The position numbers and the translations under genes are program-made. A DNA stretch of 64,000 nucleotides from an uncultured Steroidobacteraceae bacterium (GTDB taxonomy: Bacteria; Pseudomonadota; Gammaproteobacteria; Steroidobacterales; Steroidobacteraceae): positions 4,639 through 68,638 of the forward strand of contig CAZZVN010000008.1 in the NCBI GenBank assembly GCA_964657625.1. The letters are read 5' to 3'. The first letter of the stretch is position 1; each line of letters begins with the position of its first letter. The notes below the pieces were generated by a model. It saw only the letters and a program-made list of their open reading frames with translations. It ran no database searches and was not told the origin of the DNA. Shown here one piece after another: positions 43,744 through 51,792 of this stretch.

Positions 43744-44891
43744 TCACCCACCAGCTCGCGGCCGATGAGAAAGCGCCTGATCTCATTGGTGCCAGCGCCG
43801 ATGTCGTACAGTTTCGCATCGCGCAGAAAGCGCTCGACCGGCCACTCCTTGGTGTAACCGGCACCCCCCATCGCCTGGATGGCCTCCAGGCAGGTGCGCA
43901 CCGCATTCTCCGACGCCAGCAGAATGGCACCCGCCGCGTCCGCCCGGGCGGTCCTGCCCGCATCGCAGGCGCGCGCCACACTGTATACGTAGGCGCGCGC
44001 CGACGACAGGGCAACATACATGTCCGCGATCTTGCCCTGCATGAGCTGGAAAGAACCGATCGGACGGCCGAACTGCCGGCGGTCACGAACGTAGGGCAGC
44101 ACCACGTCCAGACATGCCTGCATCAAGCCCAGCGGTCCCGCGCTCAACACCGCCCGCTCGTAATCGAGGCCGCTCATCAAAATGGCCATGCCGCCGTCAT
44201 GGGCACCGAGCCGGTTCTCCTCCGGCAGTTCGCAGTCCTGGAACACCAGCTCAGCGGTGTCCGAACCGCGCATGCCCATCTTGTCGAGCTTCTTCGACAC
44301 GCTGAACCCCGCCGTGCTTTTCTCCACCAGGAACACGGACAGCGCGTCACGGTCCGCACCCGTTCGCGCATAGACCACCAGAGTGTCGGCATGCGGCGCG
44401 TTCGTGATCCAGAATTTAGTGCCGTTCAAGACATAGCGGCCGTCCCGGCGCACGGCGTCGAGCTTCATGGACACGACGTCGGAGCCCGAACCCGCCTCGC
44501 TCATGGCCAGCGAGCCCACGTGTTCGCCGCTCAGCAGCTTGGGCAGGTAACGCGTTTTCTGCGCAGCGGTTGCCCAGCGGCGGATCTGGTTGACGCACAG
44601 GTTGGAATGCGCGCCATAGGACAGGCCCACCGAGGCGGATGCGCGGGATATCTCCTCCATGACGATCACATGTTCGAGGTAGCCCAGGCCGAGGCCGCCC
44701 CATTCCTCCTCCACCGTGATGCCGTGCAGGCCGAGAGCGCCCATCTGCGGCCAGAGTTCGCGCGGAAAGGCGTTGCTCGCGTCGATGTCGGCGGCGCGCG
44801 GCGTGATTTTTTCGAGTGCGAAGCGCGCAGTCGTGTCACGGATCGCGTCCGCGGTCTCGCCCAAACCGAAGTCCAATCGCAGAGCCTGCAT
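43740..44891 (-). CDS. ivd: Isovaleryl-CoA dehydrogenase
   Basis: Acyl-CoA dehydrogenase: [13 protein letters not shown]...[11 protein letters not shown]...[10 protein letters not shown]...[16 protein letters not shown] overlap with mccB. I chose start M10 (44891). Confidence 0.9.
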   Translation of the reverse strand: MQALRLDFGLGETADAIRDTTARFALEKITPRAADIDASNAFPRELWPQMGALGLHGITVEEEWGGLGLGYLEHVIVMEEISRASASVGLSYGAHSNLCVNQIRRWATAAQKTRYLPKLLSGEHVGSLAMSEAGSGSDVVSMKLDAVRRDGRYVLNGTKFWITNAPHADTLVVYARTGADRDALSVFLVEKSTAGFSVSKKLDKMGMRGSDTAELVFQDCELPEENRLGAHDGGMAILMSGLDYERAVLSAGPLGLMQACLDVVLPYVRDRRQFGRPIGSFQLMQGKIADMYVALSSARAYVYSVARACDAGRTARADAAGAILLASENAVRTCLEAIQAMGGAGYTKEWPVERFLRDAKLYDIGAGTNEIRRFLIGRELVGE

Positions 44892-44977
44892 CTGTCTCTC
44901 CCGCGGGCCCCCGCCCATCTCGCAGATGCTACGTGCGTCGCGGCGCTTAATAAAATTGAAAGATCGCGTGCATGAAC

Positions 44978-44992
44978 ATAGTCTGTGTCTAT
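44978..44992. promoter_or_regulatory. LysR-type T-N11-A palindrome ATAG-N7-CTAT
   Basis: ATAGTCTGTGTCTAT, read directly, in the ivd / LysR divergent region. It overlaps the LysR ATG (44991). An AT-rich stretch (44946-44965) lies just upstream. Confidence 0.25.
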
Positions 44993-45863
44993 GATCGACC
45001 GGTACCTGCTGCGCTATTTTCTGGCCGTCGTCGACTGCGGCAACTTTTCGAAGGCCGCCAAACAGATGAACGTGGCGCAGCCCACCCTGTCGGTGGGCAT
45101 CGGCAAGCTCGAACGGCTGCTGGGTGCGTCATTGTTCCAGCGTACCAACAAGCGGGTCAGCCTCACGGACGCCGGCTCCCGGCTGTCCCTGCATGCGCGC
45201 CGCATCGAAGCCGAATTCAATCTCGCCGAGACGGCCGTGCTCGACATGAAGCCCGCCCGGGTGATGCGCCTGGGCGTGCTGTCGAGCATGCCCATGACGC
45301 CGGTGGCCGCCGCCATACGCCTCGCGCAGCGCGACGCTCGCAGCGAGCGCGTCCAGATCATCACCGGCAACGAACGCGAACTCTTGCTGCGGCTCCATCG
45401 GGGCCAGATCGAGACGGCGCTCACCGTCGTGCGGCCCGGCGTGGAACGTCTGGCGAGCGAACCTCTGTTCAGCGAGCGTTATGCGCTCGCCATGCATTCG
45501 CGGCACCGGCTGGCCGGCAAGACCACCATCGCCGCGGAGGAACTGGCGGAGGAAACCATGATCGTGCGCCGTCACTGCGAAGTACTCACGGAAACCAGCC
45601 GCCATTTTACCGAGCGCGGCGTGCGTCCCTTCTTCGCGTTCCGCAGCACCAGCGACGACCAGGTCCTGACCCTGGTGCGTGCCGGGCTCGGCATCACGGT
45701 CATGCCGCAGTGCTATGTCGCCAAGGGCGTCGTGCGACCGGCTCTTAAAGACTTCGATCTCAGGCGGGAGATCGGACTTCTCTACGCCGGTCACGCACAC
45801 CATCTGCAGCAAATGCCGCCTGCGATCGTCAAGGTGATCCGCGTAAGGTATGGAGTCGGGTGA
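44991..45863 (+). CDS. LysR-family transcriptional regulator
   Basis: MIDRYLLRYFLAVVDCGNFSKAAKQMNVAQPTLSVGIGKLERLLGASLFQRTNKRVSLTDAG (wHTH) plus a substrate-binding domain. GTG 44985 is an alternative start. Confidence 0.9.
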   Translation: MIDRYLLRYFLAVVDCGNFSKAAKQMNVAQPTLSVGIGKLERLLGASLFQRTNKRVSLTDAGSRLSLHARRIEAEFNLAETAVLDMKPARVMRLGVLSSMPMTPVAAAIRLAQRDARSERVQIITGNERELLLRLHRGQIETALTVVRPGVERLASEPLFSERYALAMHSRHRLAGKTTIAAEELAEETMIVRRHCEVLTETSRHFTERGVRPFFAFRSTSDDQVLTLVRAGLGITVMPQCYVAKGVVRPALKDFDLRREIGLLYAGHAHHLQQMPPAIVKVIRVRYGVG

Positions 45864-46309
45864 TGCGTGTGGGCGCCGCCTCGATCGCCGTTTTCGCCAC
45901 GCTGTTGACCGTCAGCGTCGTGGGGCGGGCGCAGGCGCCGGCGCCCCCGGGCGTCGATCTCACCGTGTTCGCCGCGCGTCGTTTTCCGCAGCCGGTTCGG
46001 GTCGGTGATCTGATCAACCGCGTGGTGCTTCGGCCCATCGAAAGCAGGGCGGTATTGGGGCATGTGTTGCAAGTGGTACGGCTCGGCAGCGGGCGCGTGG
46101 AGGTGGTCGTGAACTACGGCGGAGTGTTTGGATGGCGGGCCCGGCCCATCGCGGTGCCCATCGAGGCCATGGTGCTGCTGGGCAACGAACTTGAAATTCT
46201 CGACTTCACGCCTCGACAGCTCGAGGCCTTCCCGTCCTACCAGGGCAACGGCGATGCCCTGGCGGCCGATGAGATGGTCCGCATGGGTTTGGCGCATCCG
46301 TCGCATTGA
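45860..46309 (+). CDS. Secreted PRC-barrel domain protein
   Basis: Signal MMRVGAASIAVFATLLTVSVVGRAQA. VRVGDLINRVVL...GHVLQVVRLGSGRVEVVVNYGGVFGWRARPIAVPIEAMVLLGNELEIL..TPRQLEAFP fits the PRC barrel. The start overlaps the LysR stop. Confidence 0.7.
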   Translation: MMRVGAASIAVFATLLTVSVVGRAQAPAPPGVDLTVFAARRFPQPVRVGDLINRVVLRPIESRAVLGHVLQVVRLGSGRVEVVVNYGGVFGWRARPIAVPIEAMVLLGNELEILDFTPRQLEAFPSYQGNGDALAADEMVRMGLAHPSH

Positions 46310-46312
46310 CGT

Positions 46313-47017
46313 ATGAGCGCCCGCCCCGCCATGACGACATCCACCGCCAACCGCGTGATTTCCGGGGCCCGCCGGCTGCATCCTTTGCCGGTGCGCATCA
46401 TGCACTGGACCAACGCCGCCGCCATGCTGGTCATGATCGGGTCCGGCTGGGGAATCTACGACGATTTCGTCATCGTCAACGGGCTGCACTTCGCCCCGTA
46501 TCTGCGGCTCGGCAGTTGGGCGGCACCGAGCCTGCTCTGGCATTTCGCCGGGATGTGGCTGCTCGCCATCAACGGCCTCGCATATTTGATCTATGGGGCC
46601 GTGACGGGCCGGCTGCGGGAGCGCCTGCTGCCGATCCGCATGAGCGAGGTGCTCCAAACACTTCGCGACACGATGCACCTCAGGATCGAGCATGGTGATC
46701 TGACGGTCTACAACGCCGTGCAAAAACTCCTGTACGTCATCGTGATCGTGGCGGGGGTGTCGCAAATCGTCACGGGTCTGTGTGTCTGGAAGCCCATCCA
46801 GTTCTCAGTCGCGGTCGCGGTGCTCGGTGGCTTCCAGGCCGCCCGCATCGAGCACTTCATCGGCATGGCGGTGATCGTGGGCTTCCTCGTCGTGCACGTG
46901 GCCTTGTCGATCCTGGTGCCCCGGACGCTGTGGGCCATGGTGAGCGGCGGGCCGCGTGTCCCCGTCGGCGGGGACGTCCGTGAGGCGGGTGCGCACGTGA
47001 GGCGGCCGCGCGCATGA
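46313..47017 (+). CDS. Membrane b-type cytochrome (cytochrome b561 / Ni-hydrogenase cytochrome b family)
   Basis: Four TM helices with conserved His residues (RIMHWTNAAAMLVMIGSGW, LWHFAGMWLL, IEHFIGMAVIVGFLVVHV). Confidence 0.8.
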   Translation: MSARPAMTTSTANRVISGARRLHPLPVRIMHWTNAAAMLVMIGSGWGIYDDFVIVNGLHFAPYLRLGSWAAPSLLWHFAGMWLLAINGLAYLIYGAVTGRLRERLLPIRMSEVLQTLRDTMHLRIEHGDLTVYNAVQKLLYVIVIVAGVSQIVTGLCVWKPIQFSVAVAVLGGFQAARIEHFIGMAVIVGFLVVHVALSILVPRTLWAMVSGGPRVPVGGDVREAGAHVRRPRA

Positions 47018-47787
47018 GATCCCCGTTCCGACCCGACCGGCCGCCCACGCCCGCGATCTTGGAAGATCATCGCCCGTTGATCCGTTCCTTGGAACGTCGC
47101 GGCCTGCTGCGCGGCGGCATCTCGCTCGGTGCGTTGACGATGTTGACCGGTTGCGACGTGAGTTCATCGAGCTCGGTGGGCCAGGGGCTCAATTTGATTT
47201 CCCGTTGGAACGATCGGGTGCAGGCGGCGCTGTTCGACCCGCGCCATCTAGCGCCCACGTATCCTGCGTCGATGATCTTGAAGCCGCCCAAGTTCAATGC
47301 CTACTACGACATCACCGAGGTCAAACCCGTCGATCCGGGGCGGTGGCGCCTGGAGCTGTCCGGTCTGATCGGCGACAAACGACCCTGGACTGCGGAGCGC
47401 TTCGCGACGCTGCCGGAATCGCAGATGGTGGTCCGGCACGTCTGCGTCGAGGGGTGGGACTACATCGGCGGGTGGTCCGGACCCACCCTGCGCAGCTTCC
47501 TCGAGCGGGTGGGCGGCGACTTGCAAGCCAAGTACGTCGCCTTCAAGACGGCGGACGACTATCCGAGCAGCATCGACATGGCGACGGCGTTGCATCCGCA
47601 GACTCTGCTCGCGACCCGTTACGCGGGCGAGACCCTGGCCGACCCGTTTGGATTTCCGTTGCGACTGCGCATGGCCACCAAGCTTGGTTACAAGAATCCG
47701 AAATGGATCACCGCCATCGAGGTGACGAACCGCTACCCCGGCGGCTACTGGGAGAATTCCGGCGAGAGCTGGTTCGGCGGGATCTGA
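47014..47787 (+). CDS. Molybdopterin-dependent oxidoreductase (sulfite-oxidase/YedY fold), Tat-lipoprotein-like
   Basis: RRGLLRGGISLGALTMLTGC (twin-Arg plus lipobox). VRHVCVEGWDYIGGWSGPTL...ATRYAGETL...GFPLRLRMATKLGYKNPKWITAIEV. Start at ATG 47014 (ATGA overlap) or TTG 47089. Confidence 0.8.
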   Translation: MRSPFRPDRPPTPAILEDHRPLIRSLERRGLLRGGISLGALTMLTGCDVSSSSSVGQGLNLISRWNDRVQAALFDPRHLAPTYPASMILKPPKFNAYYDITEVKPVDPGRWRLELSGLIGDKRPWTAERFATLPESQMVVRHVCVEGWDYIGGWSGPTLRSFLERVGGDLQAKYVAFKTADDYPSSIDMATALHPQTLLATRYAGETLADPFGFPLRLRMATKLGYKNPKWITAIEVTNRYPGGYWENSGESWFGGI

Positions 47788-47840
47788 GGCGGGGGCAGCG
47801 GGGAGCGGGGTCCGACATGGCCGCGGGGAAGGGACTTTGT

Positions 47841-47927
47841 GTACCCGCCCATGGAATGGCCGACGATGGCGATGCGGTCGCGCGACAGCGAGTCGCCGAC
47901 CGCATCGTCCGGCGCTCTGGACCGCAT
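47841..47927 (-). pseudogene. Relic of an alpha/beta-hydrolase gene (probably S-formylglutathione hydrolase / esterase D)
   Basis: Only about 25 codons are recognisable: DDAVGDSLSRDRIAIVGHSMGGY (nucleophile elbow GHSMGG). It sits directly downstream of frmA, where fghA usually lies. No homology is visible on either side. Confidence 0.4.
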
Positions 47928-48007
47928 CGTTCACGTCGGCCGTACGGCAACCTACGTTGAAGCCATATGTATTTATGGCATGCGGCCCCTGGCCGTCCCC
48001 TCAGCCG

Positions 48008-49117
48008 CTAATACACCGCGACGCTGCGTATCGACTCGCCGCTGTGCATCAGGTCGAAGGCGTCGTTGATCTTCTCGAGCGGCAGCGTATGGGTGATGAG
48101 ATCGTCGATGTTGATCTTGCCCTCCATGTACCAGTCGACGATCTTCGGCACGCCGGTGCGGCCGCGCACGCCGCCGAAGGCGGAGCCTTTCCAAACGCGT
48201 CCGGTGACGAGTTGGAAGGGTCGGGTGTGGATCTCCTTGCCGGCGGCGGCGACACCGATCACGACGGACACTCCCCAGCCGCGGTGGCAGCATTCGAGTG
48301 CCTGGCGCATGAGCTCGACGTTGCCGATGCATTCGAAGCTGTAGTCGGCGCCGCCGTTGGTCAGATCGACCAGGTGGGCGACCAAATCCCCGCCGACCTC
48401 CTTTGGGTTGACGAAATGGGTCATGCCGAATTTCTCGGCGAGTTCCCGGCGCTTCGGGTTGATGTCGACGCCGATGATCTTGTCGGCACCCACGAGCCTC
48501 GCGCCCTGGACGACGTTCAGGCCGATGCCACCCAGGCCGAAGACCACCACGTTGGCACCGGGTTCCACCTGGGCGGTGTTGATGACTGCGCCGATGCCTG
48601 TGGTGACACCGCAGCCGATGTAGCAGACCTTGTCGAACGGGGCGTCCTCACGAATCTTGGCCACTGCAATCTCCGGCAGCACCGTGAAATTCGAAAAAGT
48701 CGAGCAGCCCATGTAGTGGTGGATCAGATCCTTGCCGATGGAAAACCGGCTGGTCCCGTCCGGCATCAGCCCCTTGCCCTGGGTGGCACGTATCGCCGTG
48801 CACAGATTCGTCTTCTGGGAGAGACACGACTTACATTGACGGCATTCCGGCGTGTAGAGCGGTATCACGTGGTCACCCTTCTTGACCGACGTGACGCCCG
48901 GGCCCACGTCGACGACGATGCCGGCTCCTTCGTGACCGAGAATCGCGGGAAACAGTCCCTCCGGATCGGCGCCCGAGCGGGTGAACTCGTCCGTGTGACA
49001 GATGCCGGTGGCCTTGATCTCGACCAGGACTTCTCCCGGGCCCGGCCCCTGCAAATCGACCATGGCAATTTCCAGCGGCTTGCCGGCTGCGTACGCGATG
49101 GCTGCTTTAGTTTTCAT
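48008..49117 (-). CDS. frmA: S-(hydroxymethyl)glutathione dehydrogenase / class III alcohol dehydrogenase
   Basis: [64 protein letters not shown]...[18 protein letters not shown] 5 nt upstream of the ATG. Confidence 0.9.
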   Translation of the reverse strand: MKTKAAIAYAAGKPLEIAMVDLQGPGPGEVLVEIKATGICHTDEFTRSGADPEGLFPAILGHEGAGIVVDVGPGVTSVKKGDHVIPLYTPECRQCKSCLSQKTNLCTAIRATQGKGLMPDGTSRFSIGKDLIHHYMGCSTFSNFTVLPEIAVAKIREDAPFDKVCYIGCGVTTGIGAVINTAQVEPGANVVVFGLGGIGLNVVQGARLVGADKIIGVDINPKRRELAEKFGMTHFVNPKEVGGDLVAHLVDLTNGGADYSFECIGNVELMRQALECCHRGWGVSVVIGVAAAGKEIHTRPFQLVTGRVWKGSAFGGVRGRTGVPKIVDWYMEGKINIDDLITHTLPLEKINDAFDLMHSGESIRSVAVY

Positions 49118-49278
49118 TAGCCTCAACCATGTTACCTAGTAAGTTTCGTAGTATGGCAGCATGCCGGCCCGCGGGGATGACCGATGTTGCATCGCAGTAG
49201 CCAGGAACTGACGATGAATTCCGGACGATGGCGCGGGCCGTGCGCCAGCATCGAAGCCCGACCGCGCAAGGGTGAGCC

Positions 49279-51792
49279 TTGGATTTCCAGCTGTTTTTCG
49301 AAGAGTCCCCGGACGTGTTGCTGGTACTCCTGCCCGACTCGCCCAGGTTCACCGCGGTGGCCGCCACCAAGGCTCGCCTCGCCTCCACGGGGTCCACGCT
49401 CGAGGAGACGATTGGACGGGGCCTGTTCGAGCTGTTTCCGGACAATCCAGACGACGCGACGGCAAATGCAACCGCGAATTTGCGGGCGTCGCTGGAGCGA
49501 GTGCTGGCCACCAGGGCTGCCGACACCATGGCTGTGCAGAAGTACGACATTCCTCTGCCGGACGGCGGCTTCGAGGCCCGTTATTGGAGTCCGCGCAACA
49601 TCCCCATCTTGTCAGCGGCGGGTGCAATCCGGTACATCCTGCACCGGGCGGTGGACGTCACGGATATCGCCCGTGCGGACGAAGCAGGGCAGGAACTACG
49701 CGGTCGTACGCGGGATATGGAGCGCGAAGTGCTGCAGCGCAGCCGCGAACTCGACGCCGCGAACCGACGGTTGCGGGACGCCAATAAAAAGCTCAGTGAG
49801 TTGGACGCCGCCAAGACCGCGTTCTTCAGCAACATCAGCCACGAGTTTCGCACCCCGTTGACGCTCATGCTGGGGCCGCTCGAGGAGGCCCTTGCAGACG
49901 ACGATCCGTCGCTCGACGCAACCCACCGCGGGCGGCTGCAGCTGGCCCACGCCAATGCGCTGCGCCTCCTGAAAATGGTCAACGCGCTGCTGGATTTTTC
50001 GCGGCTCGAAGCGGGCCGTCTGGGCGGCACGTTCGCACCGGTGGATCTTGCGTCGGCGACCGCCAACCTTGCCGGGATGTTCCAGGCGGCGTTCGATCGT
50101 GCCGGGCTGCAGTTGGTCTTGGACTGCCCAAGGCTGTCCGAGCCCGTCTGGATCGACCGGGACCTCTGGGAGAAAGTGATTCCGAATCTCGTGTCCAACG
50201 CCTTCAAGTTCACCTGGTCCGGTTCCGTCACGGTACGCGTGGACGAACTGCCGGAACGGGCGGTGGTGGAGGTCATCGACACGGGCACCGGCATCGCGGC
50301 GGCCGAGCTGCCCCGCATCTTCGAGCGCTTTCACCGTGTCGAGGGCGCCGTGGGACGGACGCACGAGGGAGCCGGCATCGGTCTTGCGCTCGTGCGCGAA
50401 CTGGTCGAACTGCATGGCGGACGCCTCAGCGCCACGAGCACTCCCGGCGCGGGCAGCACTTTTCGAATCGAGATTCCCAAGGGGTTTGCTCATCTTCGCG
50501 AGGAGTCGGTATTGCACTCGGCGGTGGACGCGAGAACCGACCCGTACGAACCTGCGGGCTACACGAGCGCGCCGCAGGCGCACGTCGTCGAAGCGGCCCG
50601 TGGGATCGAACCCCCCTCCGCCGCGCGCGAAGGCGCGATGCCCGACCTCGGATCGGACCGCACCCGGAAAGGCCCCAGAGCGCAGATCTTGGTCGTGGAC
50701 GACAACGCGGACCTGCGCCGTTACATCGCGAGCCTGCTGGTTCCGTATTACGAGGTGGTCACGGCCAACGATGGCAGGGAGGCGCTCGACATGATCCGGG
50801 TCCGCGCGCCGGATCTCGTGCTCAGCGACGTCATGATGCCGCGGCTCACGGGCGTCGAGCTGGTCCGCGAGATGCGTGCCGCGCCCGCCACCGTCGTGGT
50901 GCCGGTGATCTTGTTGTCGGCCCGTGCCGGGGAGGGGTCGACCATCGAAGGTCTGGATGCGGGCGCGGACGACTACCTGACCAAACCATTCACCGCGCAG
51001 GAACTGCTGGCGCGCGTACGCTCGCACGTACATCTCGCGCAGGCGCGGCGCAAATTGGTGGCGGATCTCGAAACCGCGAACCGTGAGCTGGATTCCTTCA
51101 GTTACTCGGTCGCACACGATTTGCGCGGACCGTTGCGCTCCATCGACGGCTTCAGCGCACTCCTTCTCGAGGAGGATGCGCTGGGCTTGACCGAGGAAGG
51201 GCGCCGCCGGCTCGACATCGTGCGTGGCGCCGCGCAACGCATGTCGCGGCTCATCGACGATCTGCTGCATCTGGCGCGCATCAACCGGGGTGAGCCGCAG
51301 CGCGTGGTCTTCGATCTGTCCAGTCTGGTGGTCACCGTCGCCTCGTCGTTGCAGGAGGGTGCGCACGGTCGCTCGGTGGAACTGAGCGTCGAGCCCGGCG
51401 TGCAGGTCGAGGCGGATCCGCATCTGCTGCAGATCGTGCTCGAAAATCTGCTGGGCAATGCATGGAAATTCACGGCCAGGCGCGCGCAAGCCAGGGTGGA
51501 GTTCGGCAGCCTGGAACTGAACGGGCAGTGCTGCTATTTCGTACGCGACAATGGCGCCGGCTTCGACATGAACTACGCCGCCAAACTCTTCGGCGTGTTC
51601 CAACGGCTGCATCCCGACGCGGAATTCCAAGGCACCGGCATCGGCCTCGCCACGGTCAAGCGCATCGTCGCCCGGCATGGCGGCCGGGTCTGGGGGGAGG
51701 GTAAACCGGGACACGGCGCCACGTTCTATTTCACCTTGGAGGCCGCCGGATCGTCACCACCGGCAGTGGCCAGGCATTGCGCCACGGTCTGA
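49279..51792 (+). CDS. Hybrid sensor kinase with two kinase cores: PAS - HisKA/HATPase - REC - HisKA/HATPase
   Basis: PAS (FEESPDVLLVLLPD...RYWSPRNIPI...ILHRAVDVTD). H-box 1 FFSNISHEFRTPLT plus DTGTGI and GAGIGLALV. REC (ILVVDDNADL...LVLSDVMMP...GADDYLTKPF). H-box 2 FSYSVAHDLRGPLR plus DNGAGF and GTGIGLATV. TTG start, no TM segment. Confidence 0.85.
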   Translation: MDFQLFFEESPDVLLVLLPDSPRFTAVAATKARLASTGSTLEETIGRGLFELFPDNPDDATANATANLRASLERVLATRAADTMAVQKYDIPLPDGGFEARYWSPRNIPILSAAGAIRYILHRAVDVTDIARADEAGQELRGRTRDMEREVLQRSRELDAANRRLRDANKKLSELDAAKTAFFSNISHEFRTPLTLMLGPLEEALADDDPSLDATHRGRLQLAHANALRLLKMVNALLDFSRLEAGRLGGTFAPVDLASATANLAGMFQAAFDRAGLQLVLDCPRLSEPVWIDRDLWEKVIPNLVSNAFKFTWSGSVTVRVDELPERAVVEVIDTGTGIAAAELPRIFERFHRVEGAVGRTHEGAGIGLALVRELVELHGGRLSATSTPGAGSTFRIEIPKGFAHLREESVLHSAVDARTDPYEPAGYTSAPQAHVVEAARGIEPPSAAREGAMPDLGSDRTRKGPRAQILVVDDNADLRRYIASLLVPYYEVVTANDGREALDMIRVRAPDLVLSDVMMPRLTGVELVREMRAAPATVVVPVILLSARAGEGSTIEGLDAGADDYLTKPFTAQELLARVRSHVHLAQARRKLVADLETANRELDSFSYSVAHDLRGPLRSIDGFSALLLEEDALGLTEEGRRRLDIVRGAAQRMSRLIDDLLHLARINRGEPQRVVFDLSSLVVTVASSLQEGAHGRSVELSVEPGVQVEADPHLLQIVLENLLGNAWKFTARRAQARVEFGSLELNGQCCYFVRDNGAGFDMNYAAKLFGVFQRLHPDAEFQGTGIGLATVKRIVARHGGRVWGEGKPGHGATFYFTLEAAGSSPPAVARHCATV

